Positions 20,882 through 30,976 of a DNA stretch of 64,000 nt are shown here, piece after piece; position 1 is the first letter of the stretch, and each line of letters opens with the position of its first letter. The notes under the pieces were generated by a model. The model saw only the letters and a list, made by a program, of their open reading frames with translations, did not search any database and was not told where the DNA came from. The translations under genes were made by a program, and so were the position numbers. Source of the stretch: Alphaproteobacteria bacterium (GTDB lineage Bacteria > Pseudomonadota > Alphaproteobacteria > UBA828); the NCBI GenBank assembly GCA_963422645.2, contig CAXXVO010000017.1, positions 224,001 to 288,000 of the forward strand, written 5' to 3'.

Positions 20882-21793
20882 TCACCCCGCCGCCCGCCGC
20901 TCCGGCGCGCTCTCGGTGTCGAGATCGCGGTGGCGCAGCGTGATCTGCCAGCGCCCGCCGCCCAGCGTCTGGGCCAGATGCTCCGCCACGGCGACCGAGC
21001 GATGCCGCCCGCCCGTGCATCCAAGCGCGATCGTGAGGTAGGAGCGCCCGTCCCGCTCGAAGGCCGGAAGCAGCGGCCTGAACATCGCCACCATGCCCTC
21101 GAAGAACGAGCCGTAGGCCGGGTCGTCCCGCACGTGGCGCGCGACCTCGGGTTCGCGCCCGGTGAGCGGCCGGAGTGTCGGCACATGGTGAGGGTTTGTG
21201 AGGAAGCGGACATCGAACACGAAGTCGGCGTCCGGCGGCACGCCGCGGCTGTAGGCGAAAGAGAGCACGAAGATCGCGCGCGCCCGCTTGGACTCCGGCT
21301 CGAAGCGCGCAGCAATGATGCTGCGCAGATCGCGGACGGAAAGCCGGCTCGTGTTGAGGGTGATATCCGCACGGTCGCGGACCCAGCCGAGCAGTGCGCG
21401 CTCGCGCGCAATTCCCTCAACGACCGGCTGGTCATGCGCCAGCGGGTGCGGGCGGCGGGTCTCGCTGAAGCGTCGGCGCAGCACCTCGGTCTCGCAGTCG
21501 AGGAAGAGCAGGGCGATCTCGCCGGGCCCGCCCGTGCCGAGCAAGGGCTCGAGATAGCGCTCGATCTCGCCGGGATCGAATCCCCTGGTGCGTGAATCGA
21601 TGCCGAGCGCGAGCGCGCCCCGCTGCCCGTTCTCGCCCCGCGCTTGGACCAGTTCCGAGAGCATCGAGAGGGGCAGGTTGTCGATCGCCTCGTAGCCGAG
21701 GTCTTCCAGAATCTTGAGCGCCGTCGACTTGCCGGCGCCGGACATTCCGGTCACCAGAACGAGGGTGCGATCGCCGGAGGGCTCAATACCCAT
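20882..21793 (-). CDS. rapZ: RNase adapter RapZ-family P-loop protein
   Basis: VTGMSGAGKS, DNLP, ETRRPHPL, DVRFL and GCTGGRHRSV motifs. Confidence 0.95.
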   Translation of the reverse strand: MGIEPSGDRTLVLVTGMSGAGKSTALKILEDLGYEAIDNLPLSMLSELVQARGENGQRGALALGIDSRTRGFDPGEIERYLEPLLGTGGPGEIALLFLDCETEVLRRRFSETRRPHPLAHDQPVVEGIARERALLGWVRDRADITLNTSRLSVRDLRSIIAARFEPESKRARAIFVLSFAYSRGVPPDADFVFDVRFLTNPHHVPTLRPLTGREPEVARHVRDDPAYGSFFEGMVAMFRPLLPAFERDGRSYLTIALGCTGGRHRSVAVAEHLAQTLGGGRWQITLRHRDLDTESAPERRAAG

Positions 21794-22245
21794 CAGCCAG
21801 CCGAGCGTTCTGCCTGCGCCTGCTGGCCGACGGCAGCGACACGCGAGAGCGCGAGCCGAAGCTTCGCCGGCGTGGACGCCTCGAATGGGGCAAGCATCAC
21901 GTGCGCGATCCGATGACCGCAGAGTTCGACGGTCGCAGCCTCCGGCATACGCTCCACCGCGTCGGGCTGGACCAGGTCGACCACCAGCTGGACCGGGCAT
22001 TGATGCACGAACTCCATCGAGACGATCCCGATTCCTCGCACTTCGAGCAGTCCCGCGATACGCGACGGTGGCGCCGCGAGCAACGCCTCGCCGCTGCTCG
22101 TCAACGCAACTTGATCGTCAGCGACGAGTCGCGCGCCGCCCTCGATCAGGCGCAGCGCGAGGTCGGACTTGCCGGCGCCGGGGGCGCCGCGCAGCAGAAC
22201 GCCCTTGCCCGCCAGGGCGACGCAGCTGGCATGGACCAGAACCAT
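21793..22245 (-). CDS. hprK: HPr kinase/phosphorylase (short alphaproteobacterial form)
   Basis: VHASCV, GAPGAGKSDLAL, LVADD and LEVRGIGI motifs. Confidence 0.92.
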   Translation of the reverse strand: MVLVHASCVALAGKGVLLRGAPGAGKSDLALRLIEGGARLVADDQVALTSSGEALLAAPPSRIAGLLEVRGIGIVSMEFVHQCPVQLVVDLVQPDAVERMPEAATVELCGHRIAHVMLAPFEASTPAKLRLALSRVAAVGQQAQAERSAG

Positions 22246-22292
22246 CGGGCGACCGTGCGGCCCGGCGCGACGGCTGTCAATCGGCCGGGCTC

Positions 22293-22757
22293 TCACGCCC
22301 GCGAGGTGTCGGCCGCAGCGGTGAGCACGGCATAAAGCGCCTCCGCGTTGTCGGCGCCGCGCAAGCGCGCGCATACACGGTGGTCGCGCAGCAGGCGCGA
22401 GACCAGCGCCAGCGCCTTCAGATGATCCGATCCTGCAGAATCCGGCGCGAGCAGCAGGAAAATGAGGTCCACCGGCTTCCCGTCCACCGCGTCGAACTCG
22501 ATGGGCTCCCGCAGGCGGGCAAACACCGCCGAAAGCTGCGTCAGACTGGCGAGCCTGCCATGCGGGATTGCAACCCCGTCACCGACCCCGGTCGAGCCCA
22601 GACGCTCGCGTGCGAGCAGCAGGTTGAGGACGTCCCGCTCCTCATGCGCCGTCTGCGCCGCGGCGATGGCGGAAAGCTGCTGCAGCGCCTGCTTCTTGCT
22701 GCCTGCTTTCACGTCGTCCAGGACGCCGCTCAATGGCAAGAGGTCCGCAATCTCCAT
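22293..22757 (-). CDS. ptsN: PTS EIIA-Ntr
   Basis: RERLGSTGVGDGVAIPH, FDAVDGKPVD and HLKALA motifs. Confidence 0.95.
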   Translation of the reverse strand: MEIADLLPLSGVLDDVKAGSKKQALQQLSAIAAAQTAHEERDVLNLLLARERLGSTGVGDGVAIPHGRLASLTQLSAVFARLREPIEFDAVDGKPVDLIFLLLAPDSAGSDHLKALALVSRLLRDHRVCARLRGADNAEALYAVLTAAADTSRA

Positions 22758-22838
22758 TCCCCGGCCGCTCTGTTGGTTGCCGTAGAAGGCAGCGCTTGGT
22801 CGCCGGTGGTGGCGGCCGATGCTCGGCCGTGACGCCCT

Positions 22839-23195
22839 TCAGTCGGCCGTCTGCGGCGACGGCTCGGCCCCGTCCGGGGCCTTCGCGCCGCGCGGGGACT
22901 TGTGATGGTCACGCAGCTTGCGCTTGTGCCGGCGCATGCGCTTCTCCAGCCGCTCGGCCGCGATGCTGAAGCTCGCCGTCATGTCGGCAGCCGACGCGTG
23001 GCTCTGAAACCTGATGCCGTGGCCGACGTGGATCATAAGGTCGGTCTCGATCATCTGAGCCACCTTGGCGAATACCGCTTGCGCGTCGATGGCCGTGGAA
23101 AAGAATTTCCCGGCCGAGGTCTCGAGACGTCGCGTAACCTGGTCGCGAAAGCTTTCGTTGACGCTGACGTGCCGGCCTGTGATGGCGATCTGCAT
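22839..23195 (-). CDS. hpf: Ribosome hibernation promoting factor (short form)
   Basis: MQIAITGRHV...AAERLEKRMRRHKRKL S30AE fold; directly upstream of ptsN. Confidence 0.85.
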   Translation of the reverse strand: MQIAITGRHVSVNESFRDQVTRRLETSAGKFFSTAIDAQAVFAKVAQMIETDLMIHVGHGIRFQSHASAADMTASFSIAAERLEKRMRRHKRKLRDHHKSPRGAKAPDGAEPSPQTAD

Positions 23196-23294
23196 GATTA
23201 CCCCCGCAGTCTCGCTGCAAGGCCGATTATACGCGAGGTGGACCCAAGGCGGGAAGCGCGGCGGGCGATCCTATCGAATCCGGCGGGGCTCCGG

Positions 23295-23366
23295 TGCCGC
23301 CGGGAAGAATCGAACTTCCGGCCCCTCCCTTACCAAGGGAGTGCTCTACCCCTGAGCTACGGCGGC
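23295..23366 (-). tRNA. tRNA-Thr(GGT), CCA not fully encoded
   Basis: GCCGCCGTAGCTCAGGGGTAGAGCACTCCCTTGGTAAGGGAG...GTTCGATT...CGGCGGCA cloverleaf, followed by CCG. Confidence 0.95.
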
Positions 23367-23461
23367 GCGGGCGCGACCTTGCCACAGCGCCGGCCCCCCG
23401 GCAACGGCGAGCGGCAGTCTTGCCGCGAGCCACATGCATTCTCAGGATGTTGAGCTTCAGA

Positions 23462-23521
23462 GGGGCCGGCTCGCGATGCGAGCCGGAGCGAGCGCCCGCC
23501 GCCTGAGGGCAATGAATAAAG
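23462..23521 (+). repeat. Dispersed intergenic repeat family A, copy 2 (its tail is the IS66 target)
   Basis: Hairpin CCGGCTCGC-GAT-GCGAGCCGG then AGCGAGCGCCCGCCGCCTGAGGGCAATGAATAAAG. Confidence 0.75.
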
Positions 23522-25409
23522 GTAACTGCCCAGGTTCTTGCTGTGAAAATTCTCTGGGATTCGGCACAACGCTACCCACGCGACGCCCGTGTGCTCCTCT
23601 GGGGTCGCCGGGTTTCACAGCTCACGATGCCCCTCTTGCGGACTGCGACCGGTAAGCTACCCCGATGTGGCCCGAAGTCCGCCCGCGCGACGGGCACCGA
23701 TTTTCATTCTATGGGGTGGTCCAGCACGGCGTCGACCATGATCGTTTATGAGAATGGCTCCGCTGTTGGAGAACCCGTGCCAGGTGAGCTTACGCGCACT
23801 TGACGGTGGCGATGAGCCGATCCGATGGGCTGGTCAGGGCTTCGATGATATTCCAGCCCTGCTTTCTGGCGGTGGTGATGACGCTGCGCAGGATGGCGAA
23901 GTTCTCGGCCCCCTGCGCGGACCGGAAGCCCCCGGAGATCTTCTGGCGCAGCTTCATCATCCGAAGGTCGCGCTCGGCCTCGTTGTTCGTGAACCCGACC
24001 TCGAGGTCGATCAGGAACCGGAGCACCGCGCATTTGTGGTCGCGCAGCCTCAAGGCCAGATTGTGACCGATCCTTCGCTTCCGGCGCTTCTTCCTCTTGC
24101 CAGGCGAGAACGGTGGTTGGCTCTCGTGAAAGGCCAGCGCATCGGCGATGATCTCGTCGTATCGGCGCTCGATCAGCGCCACAAGCCTCGCCGGAACGGC
24201 GATATCCTTGTCCAGCGCGATGCGGGCGGCGCGATTGGCTCGGCGCAGGAGCTGCTGCATCCGCCGGGCCCAAGCCTCCCCTTCGATGTCCACCAGCGCC
24301 TGCAACTCCCGCAGGTGATGGGCGTTGCACAGGCCGTGCTCCACCCCTTCCATCGCGAAGTACGGCTTCCAGTGATCGTGCACGACGATGCCGGAGACAC
24401 CCGAGAGCAGGGCGCCGCGCTTGCCGCTGACCCGGTACGCCGCCAGCAGCGGCGTGCAGATCACATGAAGCCACTGCGTCTGACCGCCGATCCGCAAGCC
24501 GGTCTCGTCCATGTGTTTCACCCGCGCCGTGCCCGCCGCCAGGTCCTGTATGTGCAAGGCCGCGTCCCGCAGCCGCTCGGCCGCCCTCTCGCTCATCGTC
24601 GCCAACGTCGCAGCCGTCACCGGCGCGCCGAAGAGCTCGGCCATCACCTGCGACAGCCGATCCTCCGGCAGGAAGTGAGCGTGCTGAAGGTAGACCGCCA
24701 CCCCGGCAATGCGCGGGCCGTACTGCACCGGCGCCGACACCCCGTCGGGGAACGCCGCCCGGGTCACCGTCCCGCAATGCCCGCAGCACTTGGCATGCGC
24801 CCGGTGCTCGGTCACCTCCAGGGGGCTCGGCTCGGGCAGATCGAACACCTGGCGGGCGACGGGCGTTCCCGCCCTGGCCGCGTCCGAAAGCGGCGAACCG
24901 CATCCCTTGCAGGAAGCCGGGACGTGATCCTTCACCCGATCCGGGTGATCGGCGCGGCGCAGCGTCTTGCCCTTGTGGCCGGGCTGGCCACCGGGCTTGC
25001 GGCCCGATTTGCCGCGCAGGCTTCGGGTTCGCCGCTTCGAATTCGGCTTCCTCAGCCCATCGCTCGAAGGCGGCTTGCCGCTGTTGCCGCTGTTGAGGCC
25101 GAGACGGCGCTCCAACTCCTCGATGCGCTCGACGAGACGCGCGACTTGCTCTTCCAGCCGCGCGTTCTGCTGCCGAAGCCAGGCATTTTCCTCCCGAAGC
25201 CGGGCGTTCTCCTCCTCCAGGCGGGCGATCTTCTGCGCGGGCGTTTCGGGCGCTGCTCCCGTCGAAGGGCCGCGCGGCGACTCGGGATTGCTCATGTCGT
25301 TGTTGAGTCATTTCCCGAAATTCCCGTCAAGCCCTTTCCACCAACTCCGAACGAGAAACGCCTCAATCCACTGGCCCAAAATGACAAATCAGACGACCTG
25401 GGCAGTTAC
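23522..25409 (-). mobile_element. IS66-family insertion sequence, single-ORF (ISBst12-like) type, 1888 bp
   Basis: 14-bp perfect terminal inverted repeats GTAACTGCCCAGGT; 8-bp duplication GAATAAAG at 23514-23521 and 25410-25417. Confidence 0.95.
23790..25295 (-). CDS. IS66 family DDE transposase
   Basis: Coiled-coil N-terminus, NSGKPPSSD, GGQPGHKG, Zn-finger CxxC, HMDETG, CNAHHLREL and TNNEAERDLR. Confidence 0.96.
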   Translation of the reverse strand: MSNPESPRGPSTGAAPETPAQKIARLEEENARLREENAWLRQQNARLEEQVARLVERIEELERRLGLNSGNSGKPPSSDGLRKPNSKRRTRSLRGKSGRKPGGQPGHKGKTLRRADHPDRVKDHVPASCKGCGSPLSDAARAGTPVARQVFDLPEPSPLEVTEHRAHAKCCGHCGTVTRAAFPDGVSAPVQYGPRIAGVAVYLQHAHFLPEDRLSQVMAELFGAPVTAATLATMSERAAERLRDAALHIQDLAAGTARVKHMDETGLRIGGQTQWLHVICTPLLAAYRVSGKRGALLSGVSGIVVHDHWKPYFAMEGVEHGLCNAHHLRELQALVDIEGEAWARRMQQLLRRANRAARIALDKDIAVPARLVALIERRYDEIIADALAFHESQPPFSPGKRKKRRKRRIGHNLALRLRDHKCAVLRFLIDLEVGFTNNEAERDLRMMKLRQKISGGFRSAQGAENFAILRSVITTARKQGWNIIEALTSPSDRLIATVKCA

Positions 25410-25430
25410 GAATAAAGTATCAGTGAGGCC

Positions 25431-25490
25431 TTGACCGCCGCGGCGACTCCACTATATTGCGTCGCAACATGATGCTGCACTGCAATATGA
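25431..25490 (+). promoter_or_regulatory. Phasin promoter with PhaR-type TGC-N3-GCA operator sites
   Basis: TTGACC (25431)..TATATT (25453); TTGC-GTC-GCAA (25457-25467) and CTGC-ACT-GCAA (25475-25485). Confidence 0.6.
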
Positions 25491-25551
25491 CGCGTTTTCG
25501 TGGAGCGGCGCGCATCGCCTGGAACAATCCCCAACCGAGAGGGTGAAAGCG

Positions 25552-25968
25552 ATGACCACCAAATCCGAAACAGCGAGCAAGGCCACCGCGTCCGGCCCCA
25601 AGACCCCCTGGAACGGCGCCCTGCCCTTCGAGACCATTGCCGAGGAGAGCCGTGCGAGCTTCGGCAGCGTCGTCGAGGCTTCGACCATCGCAGCGAAGGG
25701 CTACGGCGCCATCGGCAACGCCTGGTTCGACTTCGCCAAGGAGGCGATGGCCGCCCAGGCCGGCGTGGCCGAGGCGCTGATGGGTGCGCGCAGCTGGGCC
25801 GAGCTCACCGAGGCCCAGACCGGGGCTGCAAAGGGTGCCTTTGAGCGCACGATGACGGCCGGCAACCGCATTGCGGACATGACCGTCAAGACCGCCGGCG
25901 ACGCGATGGAGCCGATCCGCGCACGCGCCGAGGATGTGGTCGAGCGCTACGGCAAGTCCGCCGTCTAA
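25552..25968 (+). CDS. Phasin family PHA granule protein
   Basis: Small Ala-rich helical protein with ARSWAELTEAQ and MEPIRAR patterns; upstream PhaR-like boxes. Confidence 0.8.
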   Translation: MTTKSETASKATASGPKTPWNGALPFETIAEESRASFGSVVEASTIAAKGYGAIGNAWFDFAKEAMAAQAGVAEALMGARSWAELTEAQTGAAKGAFERTMTAGNRIADMTVKTAGDAMEPIRARAEDVVERYGKSAV

Positions 25969-25989
25969 CGGCGCCCGACACCCCTTACC

Positions 25990-26021
25990 AAGGGCCCGGA
26001 GCCGCACGGTTCCGGGCCCTT
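25990..26021. terminator. Hairpin between convergent phasin and purN, probable bidirectional terminator
   Basis: AAGGGCCCGGAGCC-GCAC-GGTTCCGGGCCCTT. Confidence 0.75.
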
Positions 26022-26024
26022 CGC

Positions 26025-26678
26025 TTAAGGGCTTGGCGCCGGGTTGATGAGAGCACCGCCCGGTGCCTCCGCGTCTATGACGCAGCGCTCGCCCACGAGC
26101 GAAACGCGGCGCTCGGCAATCAGGCGAACGGCGAGCGGCAGGCAGCGATGCTCCTCGCGCAACACCCGGGCCGCGAGCGTCTCGACTGTATCGTCTGGCA
26201 AGACCGGGACTGCCGCTTGAACGATGATCGGCCCGTTGTCCACCTCGGGCCGCACGAAGTGGACCGTACAACCGGCAAAGCGAACCCCGGCCTCGATGGC
26301 CCTGGCGTGGGTGTCGAGCCCCTTGAATGCGGGCAGCAAGGAAGGGTGGATGTTGATCAGCCGGTCGCGCCAGCGCTCGACGAACTCGGCCGTGAGCACA
26401 CGCATGAAACCCGCAAGGCAGACCAGCCCGACACCGCTCGCCTCGAGCGCCTGGGAGAGCGCCTGCTCGAAGGCCGCGTGGGAGCCATACCCCCTGTGGT
26501 CGATCGCCCGATGGGGCAGGCCCGCGCGTTCAGCTCGCGTGAGTCCGAAGGCGTCGGCCCGGTTGGAAAGCACCAGCACGATCTCGCTCTCGGCTTCCGC
26601 GCGCGCGCAATCGTCGATGAGGGCCTGCAGATTGGTCCCGCTGCCCGAGATCAGGACTCCAACTTTCAGCTGCGCCAT
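26025..26678 (-). CDS. purN: Phosphoribosylglycinamide formyltransferase
   Basis: VLISGSGTNLQAL, LAGFMRVL, INIHPSLLP and GCTVHFV motifs. Confidence 0.97.
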   Translation of the reverse strand: MAQLKVGVLISGSGTNLQALIDDCARAEAESEIVLVLSNRADAFGLTRAERAGLPHRAIDHRGYGSHAAFEQALSQALEASGVGLVCLAGFMRVLTAEFVERWRDRLINIHPSLLPAFKGLDTHARAIEAGVRFAGCTVHFVRPEVDNGPIIVQAAVPVLPDDTVETLAARVLREEHRCLPLAVRLIAERRVSLVGERCVIDAEAPGGALINPAPSP

Positions 26679-26805
26679 GTGGTCTCCCGCCGACTTCCGG
26701 CCGCTGCCGGTCGCTTGGATGCAGACGCCATGATACCCTGCCGTCCGGGTTTCAGGCCGCCGCCGGCCGCAAGACGTGACGTCAGTGAGTACTCCGAGCT
26801 CAACC

Positions 26806-27996
26806 ATGTGTGGACCAGCCCGCATCGCGCTCTTGTGCGCGCTGGTGCTGCTCCTCGCCTGCGGCACGGCACGCGCGAATTCTGTGTTCACCGTGGCGCA
26901 CGTTCCCATCGATGCCGAGGCCGCATCGGCGGCGGAGGCGCGGGAGCTCGCCATCGCCGCGGGCCAACGCGCCGCGCTGGAGACCCTGCTGCGCCGCCTC
27001 ACGGTCGCGGGCACGGCTCTGCCGGCGCCTGCCGAAGAGCCCATCGCGGCGATGATGGCGGGCTTCGCGATCGATCGCGAGCTGGTCTCGACCACCCGCT
27101 ACCGCGCGTTGCTGACCGTGGATTTCGACCCGGCCGAGGTGCGCTGGCTGCTGCGCGAGAGCGGCATCGCCTATGCCGAGACCGTGAGCAAGCCCGTGTT
27201 GGTGGTGGCGGTTCAGCGCGACCCCGGCGGCATCCTGCTGTGGGAGGACGGCAATCGCTGGCGGCGGGCGTGGGAGGAGCGCCCCCTGCATGGCGGCCTG
27301 GTGCCTATCCTCCTGCCGCTCGGCGATGTCATCGATCTCGGCACGGTCGATGCCGCGCAGGCGTTGGCGTCGGATGCTGACACTCTCACCGCGCTCGCCG
27401 CGCTTTACGGCTCGAGCGAAGTCGCCGTCGCCATCGCCGGCCTTTCCGGCTCCGCTGCCGTCGCAAAACCGTCTGCGCCTGCCGCACCGGGGGCGGAGGG
27501 CGCCGACAACGATGCCCCGGCCGCAGGCCGCGCCCTTACGCTCTCGCTGCGCCGGATCGCTGAGGACGAGAGCCAGGCCATCCAGAAGACGCTGATCGGC
27601 CGCGCGGGGGAGAGCGAGCGGGCGCTGCTCAAGCGCGGCACCGACCGGGTCGTCACCCTGCTGGAGGATGACTGGAAGGCCACCAATCTGATCCGCTACG
27701 ACGAGCAGCGGGCGCTTCGGGCGACGGTGCCGATCGCCGGCCTCGGCGAATGGGTGTCGATCCAACAGCGCATTGCGGCGCTCGCCATGGTTGCATCGGT
27801 CGAAATCGACTCCCTCTCGCTGCGCGAGGGGCGGGTCACGCTCCGCTTTCACGGCACAGAGGACCAGCTCCGCCTCGCCCTCGGCCAGAATGACCTCGAT
27901 CTCGCGCCTGAGGCGGATAAATGGGTTCTGCGTCCCCGCGCCGAGCCGCCGAATCCGGTGGCGCCCGATGCGCTCGCGCCGGGTGAGGGCGAGTGA
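26806..27996 (+). CDS. DUF2066-family exported protein
   Basis: Signal peptide; VFTVAHVPIDAEA..AEARELAI pattern; conserved position between purN and hdaA. Confidence 0.8.
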   Translation: MCGPARIALLCALVLLLACGTARANSVFTVAHVPIDAEAASAAEARELAIAAGQRAALETLLRRLTVAGTALPAPAEEPIAAMMAGFAIDRELVSTTRYRALLTVDFDPAEVRWLLRESGIAYAETVSKPVLVVAVQRDPGGILLWEDGNRWRRAWEERPLHGGLVPILLPLGDVIDLGTVDAAQALASDADTLTALAALYGSSEVAVAIAGLSGSAAVAKPSAPAAPGAEGADNDAPAAGRALTLSLRRIAEDESQAIQKTLIGRAGESERALLKRGTDRVVTLLEDDWKATNLIRYDEQRALRATVPIAGLGEWVSIQQRIAALAMVASVEIDSLSLREGRVTLRFHGTEDQLRLALGQNDLDLAPEADKWVLRPRAEPPNPVAPDALAPGEGE

Positions 27997-28003
27997 GGCA
28001 CCC

Positions 28004-28708
28004 ATGGCGGCCAAGACAGAACTCGGATGGCAACGCACCTTCGACTGGGGCGTCCGTCCCGCGCTGGGACGGGAGGATTTTCTGGTCGCACCCTGCAACG
28101 AGGCTGCAGTCGCCTGGCTCGACCGTTGGCCGGACTGGCCAGGCCCCCCGCTCGTAATCTACGGGCCCCCCGGCTCAGGCAAGAGCCATCTCGCCGAAGT
28201 GTGGCGCAGGCGGAGCGGCGCCGAGATTCTCCCTGCGGCAGGGCTCTCAGAGGCGCAGCCCGAAGCCGGAAGGACGCCGGCGCTGGTCATCGACGGTCTG
28301 GGCGGGTCGGTCGACGAGCGCTCTCTCCTGCACATCTACAACGCCATCGCCGAGCGGGGCGGCCATCTGCTGCTCACCGCCCGAACCCCGCCGGCGCGCT
28401 GGCCGCTCACGCTCCCCGATCTTGCCTCCCGGCTGAGGCTCGCGCCGGCAGCGGCGCTCGGCCTGCCCGACGATGCGTTGCTCGGCGCCCTGATGCTCAA
28501 GCTCTTCGCCGACCGGCAGATCACGGTGGCACCCGAAGTGCCGGCCTACGTCGTGCCGCGCATCGAGCGGACCTTCGAGGCCGTGGCCCGCCTGGTCGAC
28601 CGCCTCGACCGAGCGGCGCTCGCCGAAGGCAGGGCGGTCACCGTGCCGCTCGTGCGCACGGTGCTTGCCCTGGGCGAGGGCGGATCCGAGGCACCGCCGC
28701 ACGCTTGA
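28004..28708 (+). CDS. hdaA: DnaA regulatory inactivator HdaA-like AAA+ protein
   Basis: REDFLVAPCNEAA, GPPGSGKSHL, PDLASRL and KLFADRQI motifs. Confidence 0.9.
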   Translation: MAAKTELGWQRTFDWGVRPALGREDFLVAPCNEAAVAWLDRWPDWPGPPLVIYGPPGSGKSHLAEVWRRRSGAEILPAAGLSEAQPEAGRTPALVIDGLGGSVDERSLLHIYNAIAERGGHLLLTARTPPARWPLTLPDLASRLRLAPAAALGLPDDALLGALMLKLFADRQITVAPEVPAYVVPRIERTFEAVARLVDRLDRAALAEGRAVTVPLVRTVLALGEGGSEAPPHA

Positions 28709-28813
28709 TTCACGGGACCACCCGGGCCCGCGCGATTTTGTCAGGGTGCCGTAATGACCGTATTGTAAGACGCCGCAAATCAAGCCAAGTAGAAGGGACG
28801 CGGGGGTAGCCGA

Positions 28814-30976
28814 ATGGCGGAAGCCAAGCGGGCCGAGCAGGCGGAAAGCTTCGCGCCGGCCGACAAGTTCATCAACCGTGAGCTGAGTTGGCTCGCCTTC
28901 AACGAGCGCGTGATGGAGGAGGCCGAGAACCTCGATCATCCCGTGCTCGAGCGGCTGCGCTTCCTCTCGATCTCCGGATCGAACCTTGATGAGTTCTACA
29001 TGGTCCGCGTGGCGGGCCTGCACGGTCAGGTCGAGGCGGGCATCCTCGAATCGTCCCAGGACGGCCTGAGCCCCGTTGCGCAAATCCGCGCCGTCATCGC
29101 GCGCGCCAATGCGCTGATGGCCCAGCAGCAGGAGCGCTGGCTCGCACTCCGCGGGGAGCTGGCCGAGGCTGGCATCACAATCCTCTCGGCCGACCGGCTC
29201 CGGGGCGACGAAGGGCGGTGGCTCGACGACTACTTCATCGATCGCCTCTTTCCGGTGCTGACACCGCTCGCCATCGACCCGGCCCATCCGTTTCCGTTCA
29301 TTCCAAATCTGGGTTTCAGTCTGGCGCTCGAGCTGGTGGAGGAAGGCACCCGGCGTCAGCTGCCGTCGTTGGTGCGCATTCCCAGCCAGGTGGAACGCTT
29401 CATCCGCCTGCCCGAGGGTGAACGGGGCGAGATCCGCTTCATCGCGCTCGAGGACGTGGTGGAGCTCTATCTCCACCGACTCTTCCCCGGCTATTCTGCG
29501 CGCGCGGTGGGTCAGTTCCGCATCGTCCGCGACAGCGATATCGAGCTGGAGGAGGAGGCGGAGGACCTGGTGCGCTCGTTCGAGAGCGCGCTCAAGCGGC
29601 GCCGGCGCGGCAGCGTCATCCGGCTTGAAGTGGATTCCACAATGCCGTTGAGCATGTTGGACTTCCTCGCCGACCAGCTTCACGTCGACCGGCGCGACGT
29701 GGTCAAGGTCGAAGGGATTCTGGGGCTTGCGGACACGTCCATGCTCATCAAGTGCAGCCGGGCCGACCTCGAATTCCGGCCCTACCTGGCGCGCTTCCCC
29801 GAGCGGATCCGGGATTTTGGCGGCGATTGCTTCGCCGCGATCAAGGCCAAGGACATCGTCGTCCACCACCCCTACGAGAGCTTCGACGTGGTCGTCCAGT
29901 TCCTGCGACAGGCAGCGCGGGACCCGGATGTGATTGCGATCAAGCAGACGCTCTATCGCACCAGCAACAATTCCCCCATCGTCAACGCGTTGATCGAGGC
30001 GGCGGAAGCGGGCAAGTCGGTCACCGCGCTGGTCGAGCTCAAAGCGCGCTTCGACGAGGCGGCGAACATCCGCTGGGCGCGCGATCTGGAACGCGCCGGC
30101 GCCCAGGTGGTCTACGGTTTCATGAACCTCAAGACCCACGCCAAGGCATCGTTGGTGGCCCGTCGCGAGGCTGACGGCCTGCGCAGCTACGTGCACTACG
30201 GCACCGGCAACTATCACCCGATCACTGCCGCGATCTACACCGACCTCTCTTTCTTCACCTGCGATCCGGCGCTCTGCCGCGATGCGGCGTTGCTCTTCAA
30301 CTACCTGACCGGCGGGGCGGCGCCCGAGCACTACGAGAAGATCGCCGTCGCCCCGCTCGGCATGCGCAGCGCAATCCAGGAGCTGATCGAGGCGGAGACC
30401 GCTCACGCTCTGGCCGGCCGGCCGGCGGCGATCTGGGTCAAGCTCAACTCCCTGGTCGATCCCGAGGTGATCGAGGCGCTCTACGCCGCCGCCGCCGCCG
30501 GGGTCTCCATCGACCTGGTGGTGCGCGGCACCTGCTGCCTCAAACCGGGGGTGCCGGGCCTCTCGGAGAACATCCGGGTCAAGAGCATCGTCGGGCGCTT
30601 CCTCGAGCACTCCCGCATCATGTGCTTCGGTGCCGGTCACGGCCTGCCTTCGCCCGAGGCCAAGGTGTACATCTCGTCCGCTGACTGGATGGGACGCAAT
30701 CTGGACCGGCGGGTAGAGGTCATGGTGCCGATCGAGAACCCGACCGTGCACGAGCAGATCCTCGACGAGATCATGACGGCGAACCTCAGGGACAACGAGC
30801 AGAGCTGGACGCTCGACGTCGGCGGCAACTTCTCGCGCTCGGGCCACGACGGCGAGCCCTTCAACGCCCACCATTTCTTCATGACCAACCCGTCGCTCTC
30901 CGGCCGCGGCACGGCGCGGCGCGAGCCGTGGCTCGCCGTGGCGAGTTCGGGCGGCGACGAGCCGGACGACGGGTGA
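28814..30976 (+). CDS. ppk1: Polyphosphate kinase 1
   Basis: [33 protein letters not shown] and RFLEHSR motifs. Confidence 0.97.
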   Translation: MAEAKRAEQAESFAPADKFINRELSWLAFNERVMEEAENLDHPVLERLRFLSISGSNLDEFYMVRVAGLHGQVEAGILESSQDGLSPVAQIRAVIARANALMAQQQERWLALRGELAEAGITILSADRLRGDEGRWLDDYFIDRLFPVLTPLAIDPAHPFPFIPNLGFSLALELVEEGTRRQLPSLVRIPSQVERFIRLPEGERGEIRFIALEDVVELYLHRLFPGYSARAVGQFRIVRDSDIELEEEAEDLVRSFESALKRRRRGSVIRLEVDSTMPLSMLDFLADQLHVDRRDVVKVEGILGLADTSMLIKCSRADLEFRPYLARFPERIRDFGGDCFAAIKAKDIVVHHPYESFDVVVQFLRQAARDPDVIAIKQTLYRTSNNSPIVNALIEAAEAGKSVTALVELKARFDEAANIRWARDLERAGAQVVYGFMNLKTHAKASLVARREADGLRSYVHYGTGNYHPITAAIYTDLSFFTCDPALCRDAALLFNYLTGGAAPEHYEKIAVAPLGMRSAIQELIEAETAHALAGRPAAIWVKLNSLVDPEVIEALYAAAAAGVSIDLVVRGTCCLKPGVPGLSENIRVKSIVGRFLEHSRIMCFGAGHGLPSPEAKVYISSADWMGRNLDRRVEVMVPIENPTVHEQILDEIMTANLRDNEQSWTLDVGGNFSRSGHDGEPFNAHHFFMTNPSLSGRGTARREPWLAVASSGGDEPDDG

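Noticed and set aside
23522-25409. Defective IS66 lacking tnpA/tnpB
   Set aside because: Single-ORF IS66 members are an established subgroup, and both ends and the duplication are intact.
28247-30874. Long antisense or alternative-frame ORFs (also 16740-18569, 23748-25415, 44407-46680, 57055-59517, 58389-60539)
   Set aside because: They shadow well-supported genes in high-GC DNA and have no recognisable motifs.
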